NCBI GenBank assembly: GCA_012295275.1
Contig: CM022667.1
Location: 3,286,001 to 3,350,000 of the forward strand
Source of the DNA: Chrysomallon squamiferum
Lineage: Eukaryota > Animalia > Mollusca
DNA length: 64,000 bases
Direction: 5' to 3'
In this document: positions 13,762 to 29,964 of the stretch, piece after piece
How positions within the stretch are numbered: the first letter of the stretch is position 1
How the letters are laid out: every line of letters starts with the position of its first letter
Notes under the pieces: model-generated
What the model was told of the DNA's origin: nothing
What the model saw: the letters and a program-made list of their open reading frames with translations, nothing else
The model's database searches: none
Program-made: the position numbers and the translations under genes

Positions 13762-14612
13762 AATAATAATAATAATAATTTCATTATTTACCTATTATAC
13801 ATTGTTAGTATAATTAAAGAAAAAAAAAAAATCTGTTGCGAACTTTCATTTCTCCCGTGAACTGAGTTAGGAACCGATAATGAGAAATGATCCCGCAGAC
13901 TTCCGCGCTTAAGACTACATTTTTAACATCATGTAGGATGCTTTAGAAAGTCGTTTTTAAAAGTCGCCGACATTTCAACAACAAAAAAAAAAAAAAAAAA
14001 AACGTGAGAAAGAATGAAAGAAATCAATAATGCGTAGGAGAAGTCATTTTCAATTCCTTAGTATTTTAAAAAGCATCAATTATTACGAAATTTTCAGAAT
14101 ATTTAATAATTAAAAAAGAAAAGAAAAGAAAAGAAAGAAGGAAATAAATAAAGAAAAGCACAGACTATTATTTGAAAACGTAAATCGCGTATTGATAAAT
14201 GATTCTCTGCAAGGATTTGTGTATGAACTGTTTATAAGATTAGTGTTTTTATTTAAACTGGATTAAAATAACTTAATTAGAAAGAACTTTTTAAGATCCG
14301 TTTTTCACAGGGCGTTCTAAGTTTTGTATTAATTTGAAGAGTTACTGTGCGATAATTAACTGTTAAAACTATTCTACATCTAAATTTATATTTTAGTACA
14401 TATTTTTAACAATAAGTGACAGTGTTGTTAATTAAAATACAATCACGATTACTACTACTACTATTAACAACAACAACAGCAGCTATAGTTAATGAGGTCG
14501 ACGATATTGATGACGATGATGACTGTTGTAGTAATATTAGTAGAATCTGTAGTAGTTGCAATAGTAGCTGTTGTTGTTGTAGTAGAAGTAGTAATAGTAG
14601 ACGCTACTACAG

Positions 14613-14648
<36 letters not shown>

Positions 14649-14730
14649 ATAATAATAATAATAATAATAAATTAATATATGGCATTGGATTATCTAAACT
14701 ATTACAACTATTACTACTACAACAACAACA

Positions 14731-14766
<36 letters not shown>

Positions 14767-15596
14767 GCGACTAATAATAATAATAACAACAGCAAACAAA
14801 CAAATGAAAATATGGCACTGAATTATTGTAATCCATGCAACATTAATCATAATCATTCTTTTTTTTCTCTTCCTTAACTTCATCTTTAATAAAAACTAAA
14901 AAATAAAAGAACGACATATACCGATATATTCCTTAATCATATTAGATGGTGAAACTAATTTGTAGTTGGACGTTTTAAATCCATTTAGTATATTTTACAC
15001 GTTCTTTTTGTTGTTTTTTAAATTTCAGTTGAAAACACGTGACTCCTGTAACATGTTTTTATCGACATTCTCGCCACTCTCCTGAAATCTCCGTCAAATC
15101 GCGTTCTTTATCGTTAACCGTCGGCTTCATTCGTCAACGCAATCAACAATGTCGGAAGGCGAAGATTGGAGAGTTAATAAATGCCAGACTGTCAGTATTA
15201 TCTTCGTCTACAGTCGGAATCTGTCGGGTCTTTTCGTGACATAGCTTCTGTTTCAGATGGCATGTGGTTGTCAAGGTGATGACAAAAGCCATTAATGGTT
15301 TCGGAATCATATCCTTGTACAAGACAGAATGAAGAAACAAATGAATAATAGTCTGGCACGTGCACGATAATAATTCTAATAAGGATCTTTACAAATGTCA
15401 GGTCACTTCAGATGTACGGGAAACTAAATTATAAATAGCATAAATTATACATCATCAAAGCTTTATTATTGTACTTTCGAAAATTAATCGTACTTTATAA
15501 ATTATTATAAACAGTCTAAATTATAATTAATATCACTAACATTATTATCATCATCATGATTATTATTATTATTATTACTAGTAGTAGTAATTTATT

Positions 15597-15688
<92 letters not shown>

Positions 15689-16133
15689 TAATTAATTAAA
15701 AGTTTTCTGGAGATTTGTTTTGTCCTTCACAAACAATAACAGATCAAAGAGAACAACACATTTAATCAACATGGTTAAAAAGTGAAGTAAAAAGACCTTG
15801 CCCCATATATTAAAAAAACACGATAATGAATTAATTAAGGAAAATTTCATTACTACTTGAAAAACCGGTGCATTAAGTTTAATAGATCAACTGAGCTCAT
15901 GTTAATTAATTCTTTGGCTGTCTATATCATTGTTTATTAAAAATATCTCTAACAAATCCAGACTTTAAAGATAAGTCATTTTATTTATTTATTTGTTTAT
16001 TTGTTTGTTTGTTTGTTTGTTTATTTTGTTTTATTTTGAATTTTTTATGTCTAATTATTTTTCACAGCAGTTCATAAAAGAAAATTTTCAAACTGCCGCT
16101 TGCATTATTAGTATTATGATCAATATATGATCA

Positions 16134-16171
<38 letters not shown>

Positions 16172-16449
16172 TTTAAAATAATGAATTACAAACAAAAAGA
16201 AAACCAACTAAATAAATGAAAAAACTACTGAATAAAAACAACAACATAATAATACAAATAATAATCGTCATCATCTTTATCATGAAATGATGATGATGAT
16301 GCTACTGATTAGAAGAAGAATTTAGGTCCAGGAAGATGATCCAAAATAAAAAAAGAAACAAGCATGCAAACAGCGAACTAAAATATTTAATTAATCAATA
16401 TAAAAAAACTAAAAACAAAATAATAATAATGATAATAATAATAGTAATA

Positions 16450-16546
<97 letters not shown>

Positions 16547-17176
16547 CAACAATAACAGTAATAATAATAATAATAATAATAATAATTATAACAATAATTT
16601 TAAAAATTGAATTAGATAGATAGATAGATAGATAGTTAGATATCGTAATAATATTTAAAATAATAACAACAATAATATAAAATAGATTCTGCTCTTACTT
16701 CAGTCTCTCTCCAACAAGAACTAGTACATTCTACAACAATATTATCGCTTGTTTTTAAGAAATAAGATTGATAAAACGCCAAGAAGCAAGCAACAACACT
16801 TTGATTTCAAGATTCAGCAAAGAAAATATTGGCAACTGCAACAGACGAAACGAAAACAAAACAAAACAAAAAAAAAAAAAAAAAAAAAAAAAAAATAAAA
16901 CTTTAAAAAAATGAAGTTTTAAAAACAAAAATGTTAGTGTTGTTGAAAAAGAACCAAGATAATATGCACTTTAACAAGAGATGGTGATAGTTCTAGAGCG
17001 GCCTTGCACGGTATTTAGTTGTTGTTGTTTTGTTTTTCGCTGCATGTCGAGGTTTGCGGCACGTATCGGTAATTAGCTCGTATTAGATGAAGAGGCGATG
17101 TCCTGTCGTGTAGGGGGGTACCACAGATCTTTTAGATTCAAACAGGTATGTGAATGAGAATGTATGTGATAGAAAA

Positions 17177-17539
<363 letters not shown>

Positions 17540-18928
17540 CATGTCTATGATGTGTATATGGTAGAGAGACAGGTGGAAAAAGAGAAAAAACGGAAAGGGA
17601 GATAAATCAACAAAAAAATGAAATAAAGAAAGAAAGAAAGAAGGTATTGAATCAGAAACAGCCAGATAGGAAAGAGGTGATTATAGAGAGAATATTTTCA
17701 GACATTTTGTTTATATATTTTAAACAGATCTGAAATCAGATTTAGATTAGACCGCTCTTCATTACTCGCCTAATTCGTCCTGTACGAAATCACAGATTAC
17801 TTCTACCCATTTCTACCAGATCTTCTCACTTTCTGACTGCTTCTCTATCATCAAACAGAACACTGCATAAACTGTGTTTTATTTTATACAAAGGTTTCTT
17901 CATCATGACTTCTGCGTGTGAATTATCATTATCTAAATAACCTTGTCAGTATACTATACGATACTATACATACATATATATACACACATACATACATATA
18001 TATATACATAGATATATACATACATACATACACACACACACACATACATACATACACACACATACATACATACACACATACATACATAAATACATACATA
18101 TATATATATATATACATATACATAAGACTTTTTCTCAGTCATTATATTTAAAATTTGTTTTAATTGTTATTATTTGTATTTATGTAAGTGATGTAAAGTT
18201 TTTACAGTTTTGTTTTGTTGAAAACATCCGATATCATCAGATTATTTTTGAAGATGAAGAAAAAAATGTATATGGAACGTAGCCAGTTAATAATTTTTAA
18301 ATTAATAACAAAAATAATTGTATATAGTTACTGATATATCAGTTAATTAGATCAGATTAATGTTAAGAAATGATTACGTAAACTGTATACATATATGTAT
18401 ATATAGACTGCCAGTAACACAATATTTAAGTAAAATCTCACGTCACCATGGCAATCATAGGGTATTATATAAAAATACGTTACCTTGGCAAGTACACTTA
18501 CACTTACGTAAGTATGACATCATAATGCATCTAAAGTAAAACTTTCGTATGTTACAGCCCGTTCTCCCTTAACCGTTAAAAACAGTCATACAGTCTTACG
18601 TAAATATACGTCTCCATGGCAACCTAACTGCATTTATAAATCATATTACGACATACGATACATTGACAAACTCTCTATTTTTTAACAATACAGATTTCCA
18701 TGACAACCATACTGTAACAACATACGATACACTGGAAGCAACACCGTATAATTATTACTCTGTTTACAATGTAGGTCTCCATGACAACCATACAGTACTG
18801 TATTTAACTACTTCATGACTATAAGTAAATATATTGGCTATTTCGCTGTCGGGCAAAATTACTGAAATATTTCTTCATTGCTGTCTAGTTATTTATTTGT
18901 TACTAGCTGTTTGATCTGTATGCATGCA

Positions 18929-18994
<66 letters not shown>

Positions 18995-20059
18995 TATAAA
19001 AATAAAAAAGACAAACAAATAAATACAGACTGAGGATTCCTTAATGGAAATACTTGAAACTGGAAATGTTTCATATTTATCGGATCTTTCGAACATAAGG
19101 AGAACAGGATAAAAGAATAAATCCATTTATAATTCATGGATAATTTATACAGTGAGCAAGCAGATATTTGAATAACGTTTGTGTACGCTAATCAATCTAA
19201 AAACTATAACATATAACCATTTCGGCTGCTCAAAAATTGATTGAATCCGAAAACTGCTAAATATAAGCGAAATAGGGAACATAAAGATGGGGGCAAAAAA
19301 ATATTACTAATGTATTAATGTAATAGTAGGCTGTCAACGTTTATCGTGGAATCTTAACATTGTTGTCAGTCAGAAAAGATTTAGTGAGCGGTAACCTTAT
19401 CTGCCGTTTTATACCTGCCACAAAAAAAAAAAATGTTACATGTAAAACAGTTTATAGTATTCTCACAACTTGGTCCCGACTCTCTAAATACAGTTTATCT
19501 TAATTACTCTTTAACTGGCGAAAACATCCAGCATTAACATTCACTGGCGATATCTGTAGATAAATGATAACGCTTCTGAAACATGTTCAGTATCTAACAG
19601 ATGGTGTGATACCATTCGATGAAGTCAGGGCTGCACATACCTCAGCCATAGCTGTAATTAGGACCAAACCGACAGTCGCACTGACGAGAAATGATCCTGT
19701 GACCTACAGATCGTCAGTTAATCTAAATACAGACTGCTCAGTTACGTACAAATTACTGGAGAGAAAAAAAAAAAAAAAAAAAGACATTAAAAATATATAA
19801 TTTTAGTTTCAATGCTTATTTACCGTATTTATCATTATCTCCTTACCAACAGAATTAAATAAACCATTTCCGGACGTTTTAGTTTTTAATGACTTTTATG
19901 ACTTTATTATGTTTATTTTATTTTATTTTATCTTATTTTATTTTAATATATTTTATTTATTATTTTATTTATTCACTTAAATTATCTACAAATTAGACTA
20001 ACGTGAACAGGAAGTATTCCCAATTTCGCCAATTACTTCATTAATCAGTTCAGTTCTTG

Positions 20060-20420
20060 TCAGTACAGTGAACGAAAATAGTTCGATGCTGCCTCGAGTG
20101 GCGGCGGGAAGTACTCAAAGAACAGCCACACATTCGTGGAAAGGTGGCGAAGTCCATAGATCTTCGTGATGTGTCTGGTGAGCACCATCGGAATAAAACA
20201 CCAAGGAAATCGTGTTTATTTAGTTGGCATTCCGGCGATAAAATTCCACTTCCACAGTTTATTGTTGTGGGCCAGTTCTTTGAACGGACACAAGCTAACT
20301 GGAAGGCGGTCTGTTTCCGACCCGGCAACGTTTTCGAGTTTTCAAAAATGATCTCGAAAGTAACGCGTTGGGAGGCATATGTTGTTTGCTTTGAGCGAAA
20401 GTGACTGTGCATATGTTAGT
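20060..20420 (-). mobile_element. Possible highly decayed mariner-like transposase fragment
   Basis: GC-richer island. Minus-strand frames give TVEVEFY..VFYSDGAHQTH and then, after a frameshift, W.....PPPLEAASNYFRSL; this loosely resembles mariner TIN..YY / HDNARPH / W...PPYSPDLAPSDYHLFRSL. Stops are present and no TIRs were seen. Confidence 0.25.
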
Positions 20421-20465
20421 GTCATCGCCCGTATGCTGGTTCCAGCGTGCTAATGTATATGTCAG

Positions 20466-20530
<65 letters not shown>

Positions 20531-21699
20531 CACACACACACACTAATATAAGTAGGTCTTAAAGTAAAAATGTAATGTAGTTTGTTTTAATACGTGTAGT
20601 TGCACCCTGTAACGATCTGTATTTTTGAGGCCCTTCGCACTCATCAATGATGTCTGGGTAACCACTGTTATCGTCTTCAGTGGACTTGCTACGTGAAATT
20701 TTCACATCTGGATTAAAATACGTGGATTAAAGTCGCTTCTGGGGATCCTACTGGATTAGATGCACAGAAGCTTAAGCTTTGTCAGTTTCCTAACAGATGT
20801 GCCCTTAGCCTATACGCATGCAGTCCCTGTGTATCTAGTCTGATAAATTTGATTGCCCACACGCGTAATAAGGAAATTTAAATCAGAAACCCGAGTTTTC
20901 TGTTTAAACATACAGCAGGTGTAACAAACGTTAACTATTTTAACAGCTGTGTTTAACACATTCTTCACACATAATTCTTTCTAACATTAAAGAAAACTTG
21001 TATGAAAAGAGCAAAGGTTTCTGGAGACTTTGAAATCAGTAAATGCTTGTATCTACAGAGGACGATCTTGTTACTTGCCTTGGGCTAAAAACAGAAATAA
21101 ATAAATCAGAAAAACCACACAAAGTCAGAAACATAATTCTTCAGATGCTTGTTGGTAGACAATACGAGTGAAATGAAAATAGCATGATGTAGATAGTATA
21201 TATATATATATATATACTGTGTAGATAGAAGTATGAATTGTAGCCGTAGTAGTTGTTGAGGAGACTTCATTAGTTTTGAGCGCTGCTGCTGAAGAGAATA
21301 TAAAAGTTGTGGTTGTTGTTGTTGTTGAGGATAGTGTTTAGTATTCTTTTAGGTGCTGATGCTGAAGAGAAGATATTAAAATTTTACATTGTTGTTTTAG
21401 TATAACATATTAGTATTAAAAAGTGTTGTAGCTCTTGAAAAAGATATGTTCCCCTTTCACTATATTGTTGTAGTAGTAGTAGTTTTACTTGTAGATAATA
21501 TTTTCTATGCATCCTGTTGTGGTAGTTGTAGTTTTCAAAAAATAATTAGTGTTAAGTAGTGTGGTTATTGCTGAAAAGAAAAATCATAAATATAATTATA
21601 TAATTTGGGGTTTTCCCTCATATTGTTGTAGTTGCTGAAGAGCATATAGCTAAGCGGTTTATCACTGTTATCATCTTTCGCTCTCTGTTTCTCGCGTTG

Positions 21700-22336
21700 T
21701 ATGTACGTATAGCTGTAGAGATTACAGAGAGCGATCACAGATCGTGTGTACGTATAGCTGTAGAGATTACAGAGCGATCACAGATCGTGTGTACGTATAG
21801 CTGTAGAGATTACAGAGCGATTACAGATCGTATGTACGTATAACTAGAGATTACAGAGCGATCACAGATCGTGTGTACGTATAGCTGTAGAGATTACAGA
21901 GAGCGATCACAGATCGTGTGTACGTATAGCTGTAGAGATTACAGAGAGCGATTACAGATCGTATGTACGTATAGCTGTAGAGATTACAGAGAGCGATCAC
22001 AGATCGTATGTACGTATAGCTGTAGATTACAAAGCGATTCGTGTGTACATATAGCTGTAGAGATTACAGATCACAGATCGTACGTATAGCTGTAGAGATT
22101 ACAGAGAGCGATTACAGATCGTATGTACGTATAACTGTAGAGATTACAGAGCGATCACAGATCGTATGTACGTATAGCTGTAGAGATTACAGAGAGCGAT
22201 CACAGATCGTATGTACGTATAGCTGTAGAGATTACAAAGCGATCACAGATCGTGTGTACATATAGCTGTAGATATTACAGAGAGCGATCACAGATCGTGT
22301 GTACGTATAGCTGTAGAGATTACAAGAGCGATCACA
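21700..22336. repeat. 39-41-bp minisatellite, about 16 copies
   Basis: Unit GTACGTATAGCTGTAGAGATTACAGA(GA)GCGATCACAGATCGTRT. Confidence 0.97.
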
Positions 22337-22864
22337 ATCATGACATTTAGACAAATGAAACATTTGTGATCGGCAGCAGCAGCAACACGAACACGTAATA
22401 ATCATCTTATTTAGCTTCTATTTCATCCATCAACGTCATCGCCGTCGTCATCACAACCTCTCTACTTGTTCACCCTTTCCAACTGATTTTTGTTTTACAT
22501 CGTTTTTTTTTTTTTTTTTTTTTTTCTTACCATGATTACGTGAAATTAAAGCACTATCTGAATATGTTTTCAAACATGATGAAAACGTTGAAAACATCCC
22601 AACTCGACATTTTAATGAAAGGAACGAAACTCTCACTTCCCACATTTCTGAAATTTCAAAGAGTTACATTTGTGCACACATTAAAATGACTGAAAAGAAG
22701 TCTTATGTATCAGTGAATGTATCTTATGTATAGCTGAAAGACAATTCTACTCGAGTACATTCTGAAATGCAATTTCACTTCAGTGCATTCTGAAACAAAA
22801 TCCTACATCCCACACTCATACCTAACTCTACATTTCAACAACACTGAAACAAAATACCACATAA

Positions 22865-23181
22865 CAGCATTCTGTAACCAGATTCTACATCCCAGCATTC
22901 AGTAACCAAACTCTACATCCCAGCATTCTGTAACCAAACTCTACATCCCAGCATTCTGTAACCAAACTCTACATCGCAACATTCAGTAACCAAACTCTAC
23001 ATCGCAACATTCTGTAACCACATTCTACATTCTGTACCCAAATTTATATCCCTGCATTTGTCTAACCAAATCGTATGTAACTGCATTCCGTAACCAAACA
23101 TTACATCCCTTCATTCGGTAACCCAATCCTACCCCCACAGCATTCTGTAACCAAATCCTACCCCCACAGCATTCTGTAACG
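22865..23181. repeat. ~28-bp minisatellite, about 11 degenerate copies
   Basis: Unit CAGCATTCTGTAACCAAACTCTACATCC. Confidence 0.92.
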
Positions 23182-23476
23182 AACGAGCATTCTGACGTGT
23201 TCGACGCTGTAACTCTGTGAACCGCTCGCTTCCCTTTCGTCTATTTACAGACGCCAGGTATGTAACTATAATGAGAGCGCACATGGCGAGCTGAACATTC
23301 ACCGAGCCTGAAATAGACTGTTAAGCAGTGCGGCATATCTTCACAGGTTTCTTGATGGTGCAGATTAAAATATCTTCGGCGAAATTGTCTAAAGTGCACG
23401 TTGCTGCGATTGTTTTGTCTCTTAAGTTAAACTGCGTCTGGTTTCGCTACGGTGATTACAGAACCACTTATTATTA

Positions 23477-23508
<32 letters not shown>

Positions 23509-24727
23509 ACAGCTTCAAGTGGTTTCTATTCTGGCGAGTAGAAACGACAAAAAAAAAAAAAAAAAAAAAATTAAAATAAAATGAATGAATGAATGAATTC
23601 TAAAATTTTAAATGAATGAAAAATTATTCGTGAATTTTTACGTTATCAAAATATCTTTCATTCTTTCTGGCTCAATATGACGAAACGATCTAATTGTTAA
23701 TAAACTATTTTACATCATTTAAATATTTATTAAGTCTACTGAATATAAATAAGTATACGTAATGAATGTAAACATAAATGAACGTGTAGCGAAAATCAGC
23801 TTTGTCCATAATTCATACACACACACACACACACATGCACAGACAGAATGCATACACACACAACTACTGACTAAAACGTCATGCGTTAAAGACCGTGTAT
23901 ATTTTAAACAATATAATTTATAATAATAAATTAAATTAAATAACTACAGCTAATGACAAACTGAGGCCAAAGGTCATTAATAATAAAACATAAAGATTAA
24001 AAACATACCAGTACAAGATAACGAACGTTACATCAGTAATTATTTATTACACACGTTTCATTGATTTTTTAGAGAGCAGACCTGTACTCTTACGTATCGC
24101 ACAGTCATCTGTTATATATTGTTATTATTCTAGGGCACAGCACGTTTAATATTCAGAGTGAAAGTACACGTTATTATAGCTAGACTGTTACTACAGTGAA
24201 ACCTCTGTATCACTGACAGTCTAAGACAGATTAGGCTTACAGGGAAATAATCGAGAAAAATCAAAGAAAAATTTAAAATTTAAAAAGAAAACAACATAAT
24301 AATGACAAAAAAGAAAGAAAAAGAAGTATATATATTTATGTAAAAGAAAAAGAAGTGTTACATGTATTCCTAAGCAGTTCTGCAGTTTATAAGACTCGGA
24401 AGATATTTCATTTATTTTAACGTAACTGTTCTATTATGGCACATAACAGCTAAAGCACATTAAACCGTAAACTTAGCATTCACAAAGGTTGTTCTCGTTC
24501 TTTGCTTCTCAATTTTTTGTAATTGTTATTTTAAGTATTTACTATGTCTATATCTATATATATATATTAGTGTGTTATGTACTCTACAATACCGTGTTCA
24601 ACAGCTGCTACATCAATTTGTACAGCACTAACACTGAGATAACGGACGCTTTTATTTCTTCTCCCCGCTGTTATTTTAATCGAGAGCTAACTATTACTCA
24701 TTTTGAAAAACGACAGAAGAAACAACA

Positions 24728-25237
24728 AGGGAGGTAATTTGAAATGGTAACTCAACGTAAATGCTATGATGATAAGGGAGATAATTCAAGGTAAAAAAGA
24801 CGTAAGGGAGATAACTGAACAAAAAAATGGCATGCAAAGGGAGTTAATTAAAGTCAAGAAATGTAAAAGGTAATTCATTGTAAATGCCATGGCAAATAAA
24901 TAAGGGAGATAATTCAATGTCAATAGCATAAGGGAGATAACAGAATGTAAATAGCATACTACTAAGGGAGATAATTCAAAGTAAATAGAGAAGAGATAAT
25001 TAAAGAGAAGAAATATAAGGGTTAACACACGAAAATGGCTGATAAGGGAGATAATTCAAGATACAAAGTGTATATTAATCTAATAATAAGGGAATTACTT
25101 ATATTTAAACTACACGTAAAGAAACAAATGAACGTAAACTGCACTGGGTATTAAGTTATATAATTCAACGTAAATGACATGAGGTTGACAAGGGAGATAA
25201 TTCAACTAAAACGATACAGTGTTTAAGGAAATAATTT
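24728..25237. repeat. Array with conserved core TAAGGGAGATAATTCAA and divergent spacers
   Basis: About 13-15 core copies, e.g. at 24774, 24803, 24901, 24929, 24963, 25043 and 25190, mostly at a ~27-45 bp period. Confidence 0.8.
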
Positions 25238-25310
25238 AAAAAAAAAAAAAAAAAAAAATAAAAATCAAACACTATTTCCAAGGCACAACACACCTCGCTA
25301 TATCGACCTA

Positions 25311-26126
<816 letters not shown>

Positions 26127-26319
26127 TTAAGTCAGTGTAATGAAAAAAAATAATCCCTCGGACGGCCTGGAAAAAAAAAAAGCAAGAGAGTATGGGGGAA
26201 AATCGAACTTTAGAAGCCTACTGTTACCAGACTGGACATAAATGAAAAGACCCAAGGAATCTGATCCATTTAAAATATACGTCATTGTTTCCATATCCAT
26301 ATTTTTATTGAATTTTGAG

Positions 26320-26438
<119 letters not shown>

Positions 26439-27292
26439 GTCTTTCTTTCTTTCTTTCTTAGCAAACAAAGTTAATTTGCATTTTACTTTCACTTAAAATG
26501 CTACGACGTTTTCACACGAATAGAAGTTTTGCTTTCTAACAACTGACAATTTCAAACGTAACCAACAATCAAAACTTTAAAATCTTTCTGTATGAGTAAC
26601 ATTGATATAGTTATTAAGTTTAAATCACAACAACAATAAAAATAATAATAATTAATACTCAAGCGACACAGCCGGACGTTTTGGCGCAAAGGGAGGTCAC
26701 TCGCTCGTGTTTGAAATGTCGAGTAATAAGCACGTTAACGACTGCGGTGTGTTTGACGCGTTTTGTAAAGCGATTTCGATCGATATCAGTATTTTATTAA
26801 ACACGGTGTCAACCGCACAGACGACATATTGATGTAGCAGATTGCAGCCGTGTTAACAACGTCACACACAAATACACTGGTTTGTTGTAATACGACTAGT
26901 TCTTGTTGTGGAACATGCCTGTATAAAATATCACAGATACATCTTCATGTAATATATACACACAGACTTATACACTACTCCTCTGTATCTTAGTATGTCT
27001 GTCTATCTGTCTGTACGTATGTATGTATAAATAAGGCACAAATATGACGTACACACCAGTCGCTTCCTGTTCTTATAATCTGCGTATCTCACATCTGAGT
27101 ATAAATATATCTGTATGTTTGAATGAATGGCATACACATTTTTTATATAATAATAAGAAGAAGAACATGAAGAAGAAGAAGAAGAAGGAGGAGAAGAAGG
27201 AGAAGAAGGAGGAGGAGAAGGAGAAGAGAAGAAGAAGAAGAAGAAGAAGAAGAAGAAGAAATATCGAAATAAAATTTTACCAAGCATGGACT

Positions 27293-27458
27293 ATTGAACT
27301 ATCTTCTAAATATCAGTGATGTATTTGGGTAATCACTGCTCGATTTTTATTTATTTTTTATTTATTTATTTATTACATTGAACTATCTTCTAAATATCAG
27401 TGATGTATTTGGGTAATCACTGCTCGATTTTTATTTATTTTTTATTTATTTATTTATT
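27293..27458. repeat. 84-bp tandem duplication
   Basis: ATTGAACTATCTTCTAAATATCAGTGATGTATTTGGGTAATCACTGCTCG... at 27293 and 27377. Confidence 0.92.
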
Positions 27459-28211
27459 TATTATTATTATTATTATTATTTTTTGTTTATCTGATTAATG
27501 AAGAAAATAATTCCGTAGAATCATGGGTATGTTCAGAAAATGGAAATTCTTCCTTAATGTATATACAGAGAGACTGGCTGATACTGATGAGCGACATGAA
27601 GACTGAGATAAAACATTATCTCAAGTCCAATAACCAGTTTCTATTAATCGAAGACAGTCAAGGTCGCGGCCTACGCAGCGAAACAGCCCAGATTCGAAAT
27701 AAAACTCGTAGTACGTTATAAAATATTGACAGCAGACGATAAACGCATTTCCTGAACAAATCAATAAAAAGCACGTTCCTGACACTGATTACAGAAAAGT
27801 GCAACACTTCCCGCCATTTTGCATTTATTCGATCAGCAGTCGGTTTACGATTAAAATTAACAACACACCCCCACTCTTAAAAAAAAAAAAAAAATAAACA
27901 AAATCGATATCCCACAATAAACAATGAAAAGAAATAATAATAATAACAGAGAATTATTCTTTGTTATATTTACATACAGTCTGCATTTGGCAAAACAGTT
28001 TTATCATTAATGCTTCTTTAATTTACCACAAAAGACGATTAACAGTTTTTTCTCGCATGCAAACGCCGAGAACACTGGAAGCAAATGGCGTGATGTGAAT
28101 CATTTGTTGTTAGTAGATCCCTCCCAAGACTCGGCGAACCGAGGCCAATGCTAAACGTCACGAAAGAATCTTTTTTTAATCTACATGTATTTATTTATTT
28201 ATTGTTTATTT

Positions 28212-28279
<68 letters not shown>

Positions 28280-29463
28280 TTTGATTTTATTTAGTTTCGT
28301 TTACAAACACATATTAATTAAAATATTTATTGTTGTGAAATTAAAAGTACATTGTACTTCCCTCAGTATTTGATAATGTTATCAAAATAAAAATATTTGT
28401 TAACTGCACCTATATATATACACACACATATATATACATATAATCTGTTTTATGTAACTATGAGAGGAAGTATTTTAGAACTGAATATTTTCTGTCGTAT
28501 GTACGTCTGAATAGACTCTGCACACAGACAATATTCGGGAACACACTGGCACAGGAGGACAAAGTCCAATCACGACCTCACAAACCCCGTCATTTGCCGC
28601 TGACAAGATTTGAACGTATGGCAACCATTTGATTGGCTATCAAGACAACTCTATGTATGCCCATGTTTGTGTTTGTGTGTGTGTATGTATGTGTGAGTGT
28701 ATGCATGCATGCACGTTCCAAAATATGTATGTGCGTATGAACGAATGTGTGCATGTATATACTACGTATGTAAACTATATATGTGTGTGCATGTATTATG
28801 TATATATGTGTATGCAGGTATTTATGTGCAGATGTAAGTATGTACAAACGAATGCATTTAGGTAGGCAGGTAGGTATTACACACGAACGTACGTACATCC
28901 AAACAAACAAACAACACTAATATTAATCTGTTTCTTGGGTACTACTTCTACTGTCAAATACGTTCGATTATTTTCTAAAACAACCCCCCCCCGCGTCCCG
29001 TTCCACCCCACCTGGAAGGTTGTCACGGCAACAGCAGCACATGCTGCCAACTCGCAGTGTATATTATATAAATTAGCGACTACAAAAGAAAAGAGAATGG
29101 AGAGTGCAAGCGAAAATAGCCCCTACGTCAGAGCTGCCGCGTTTAACAACAACAACACGATTAAAACATTGTTCGCTTCCTATTTCGGGCGCAATTGACA
29201 TTTTAGGTGCTGTTTCTATTTTTAATTTGTGTGCTGTTCGGTTCTGGCATGTTGCTGTATGAATGAACGAGCGAATGAAGGAAACGAAAACAGCGGTGAA
29301 ATAAAAGATGCTAAAAAGGTAGTAAACACACAGGTTATATATTTGTCTGTGTGTGTGTGTGCATGCATACATATATACATATACATATACATATACATAT
29401 ATATATATATACATATATATGTATGTATATATATATGTGTATATATATATATATTTGTGTGTG

Positions 29464-29495
<32 letters not shown>

Positions 29496-29964
29496 TATGC
29501 AGAAACACACAAACATACAAACATTATGTCAGCGTGTGATAATAATTATATTAAAAGTAATAACAATAAATAACTGTCCTTCAGAAATTATATTTGTCAA
29601 CAAAAAATAAGTTTATATTCTGTTATATTACTATTATTACTATTTATTTTCTTTGCTTTTTTTTTCTGTTCATCTTTTTTCCTTCCTTCTTTCTTTCTTT
29701 CTTTAATAATAATAATCTAGGTCACAAAAGGTCATCTCAGAACTTTGTACAGATACAAACCAAATCTAAAAATAAACAAATTATATGTGTGGTCCAGACG
29801 CGACTATTAACTGTTTACAGAATAATTTATGAACAAATCTGAAAAGGCGAGAATAAAAGCTTGTCACTATTTTTGACATTTGCTTTCGCAAAACCAGCGA
29901 ACTGGGCAAAACCGTATCTGCGAAGCTCGGGCTTTCTGATGAGCAAAAAGATAGGTGAAACGTG

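Noticed and set aside
21871-22265. Repetitive Cys-containing ORFs (CTYSCRDYR...), and TSAGYSYL ORFs at 35.5-36.5 kb
   Set aside because: Minisatellite translations whose unit-length variants shift frame; no convincing splice context.
24728-25237. CRISPR-like repeat-spacer appearance
   Set aside because: The cores are short and degenerate, spacing is irregular, there are no cas genes, and the context is a eukaryotic intron.
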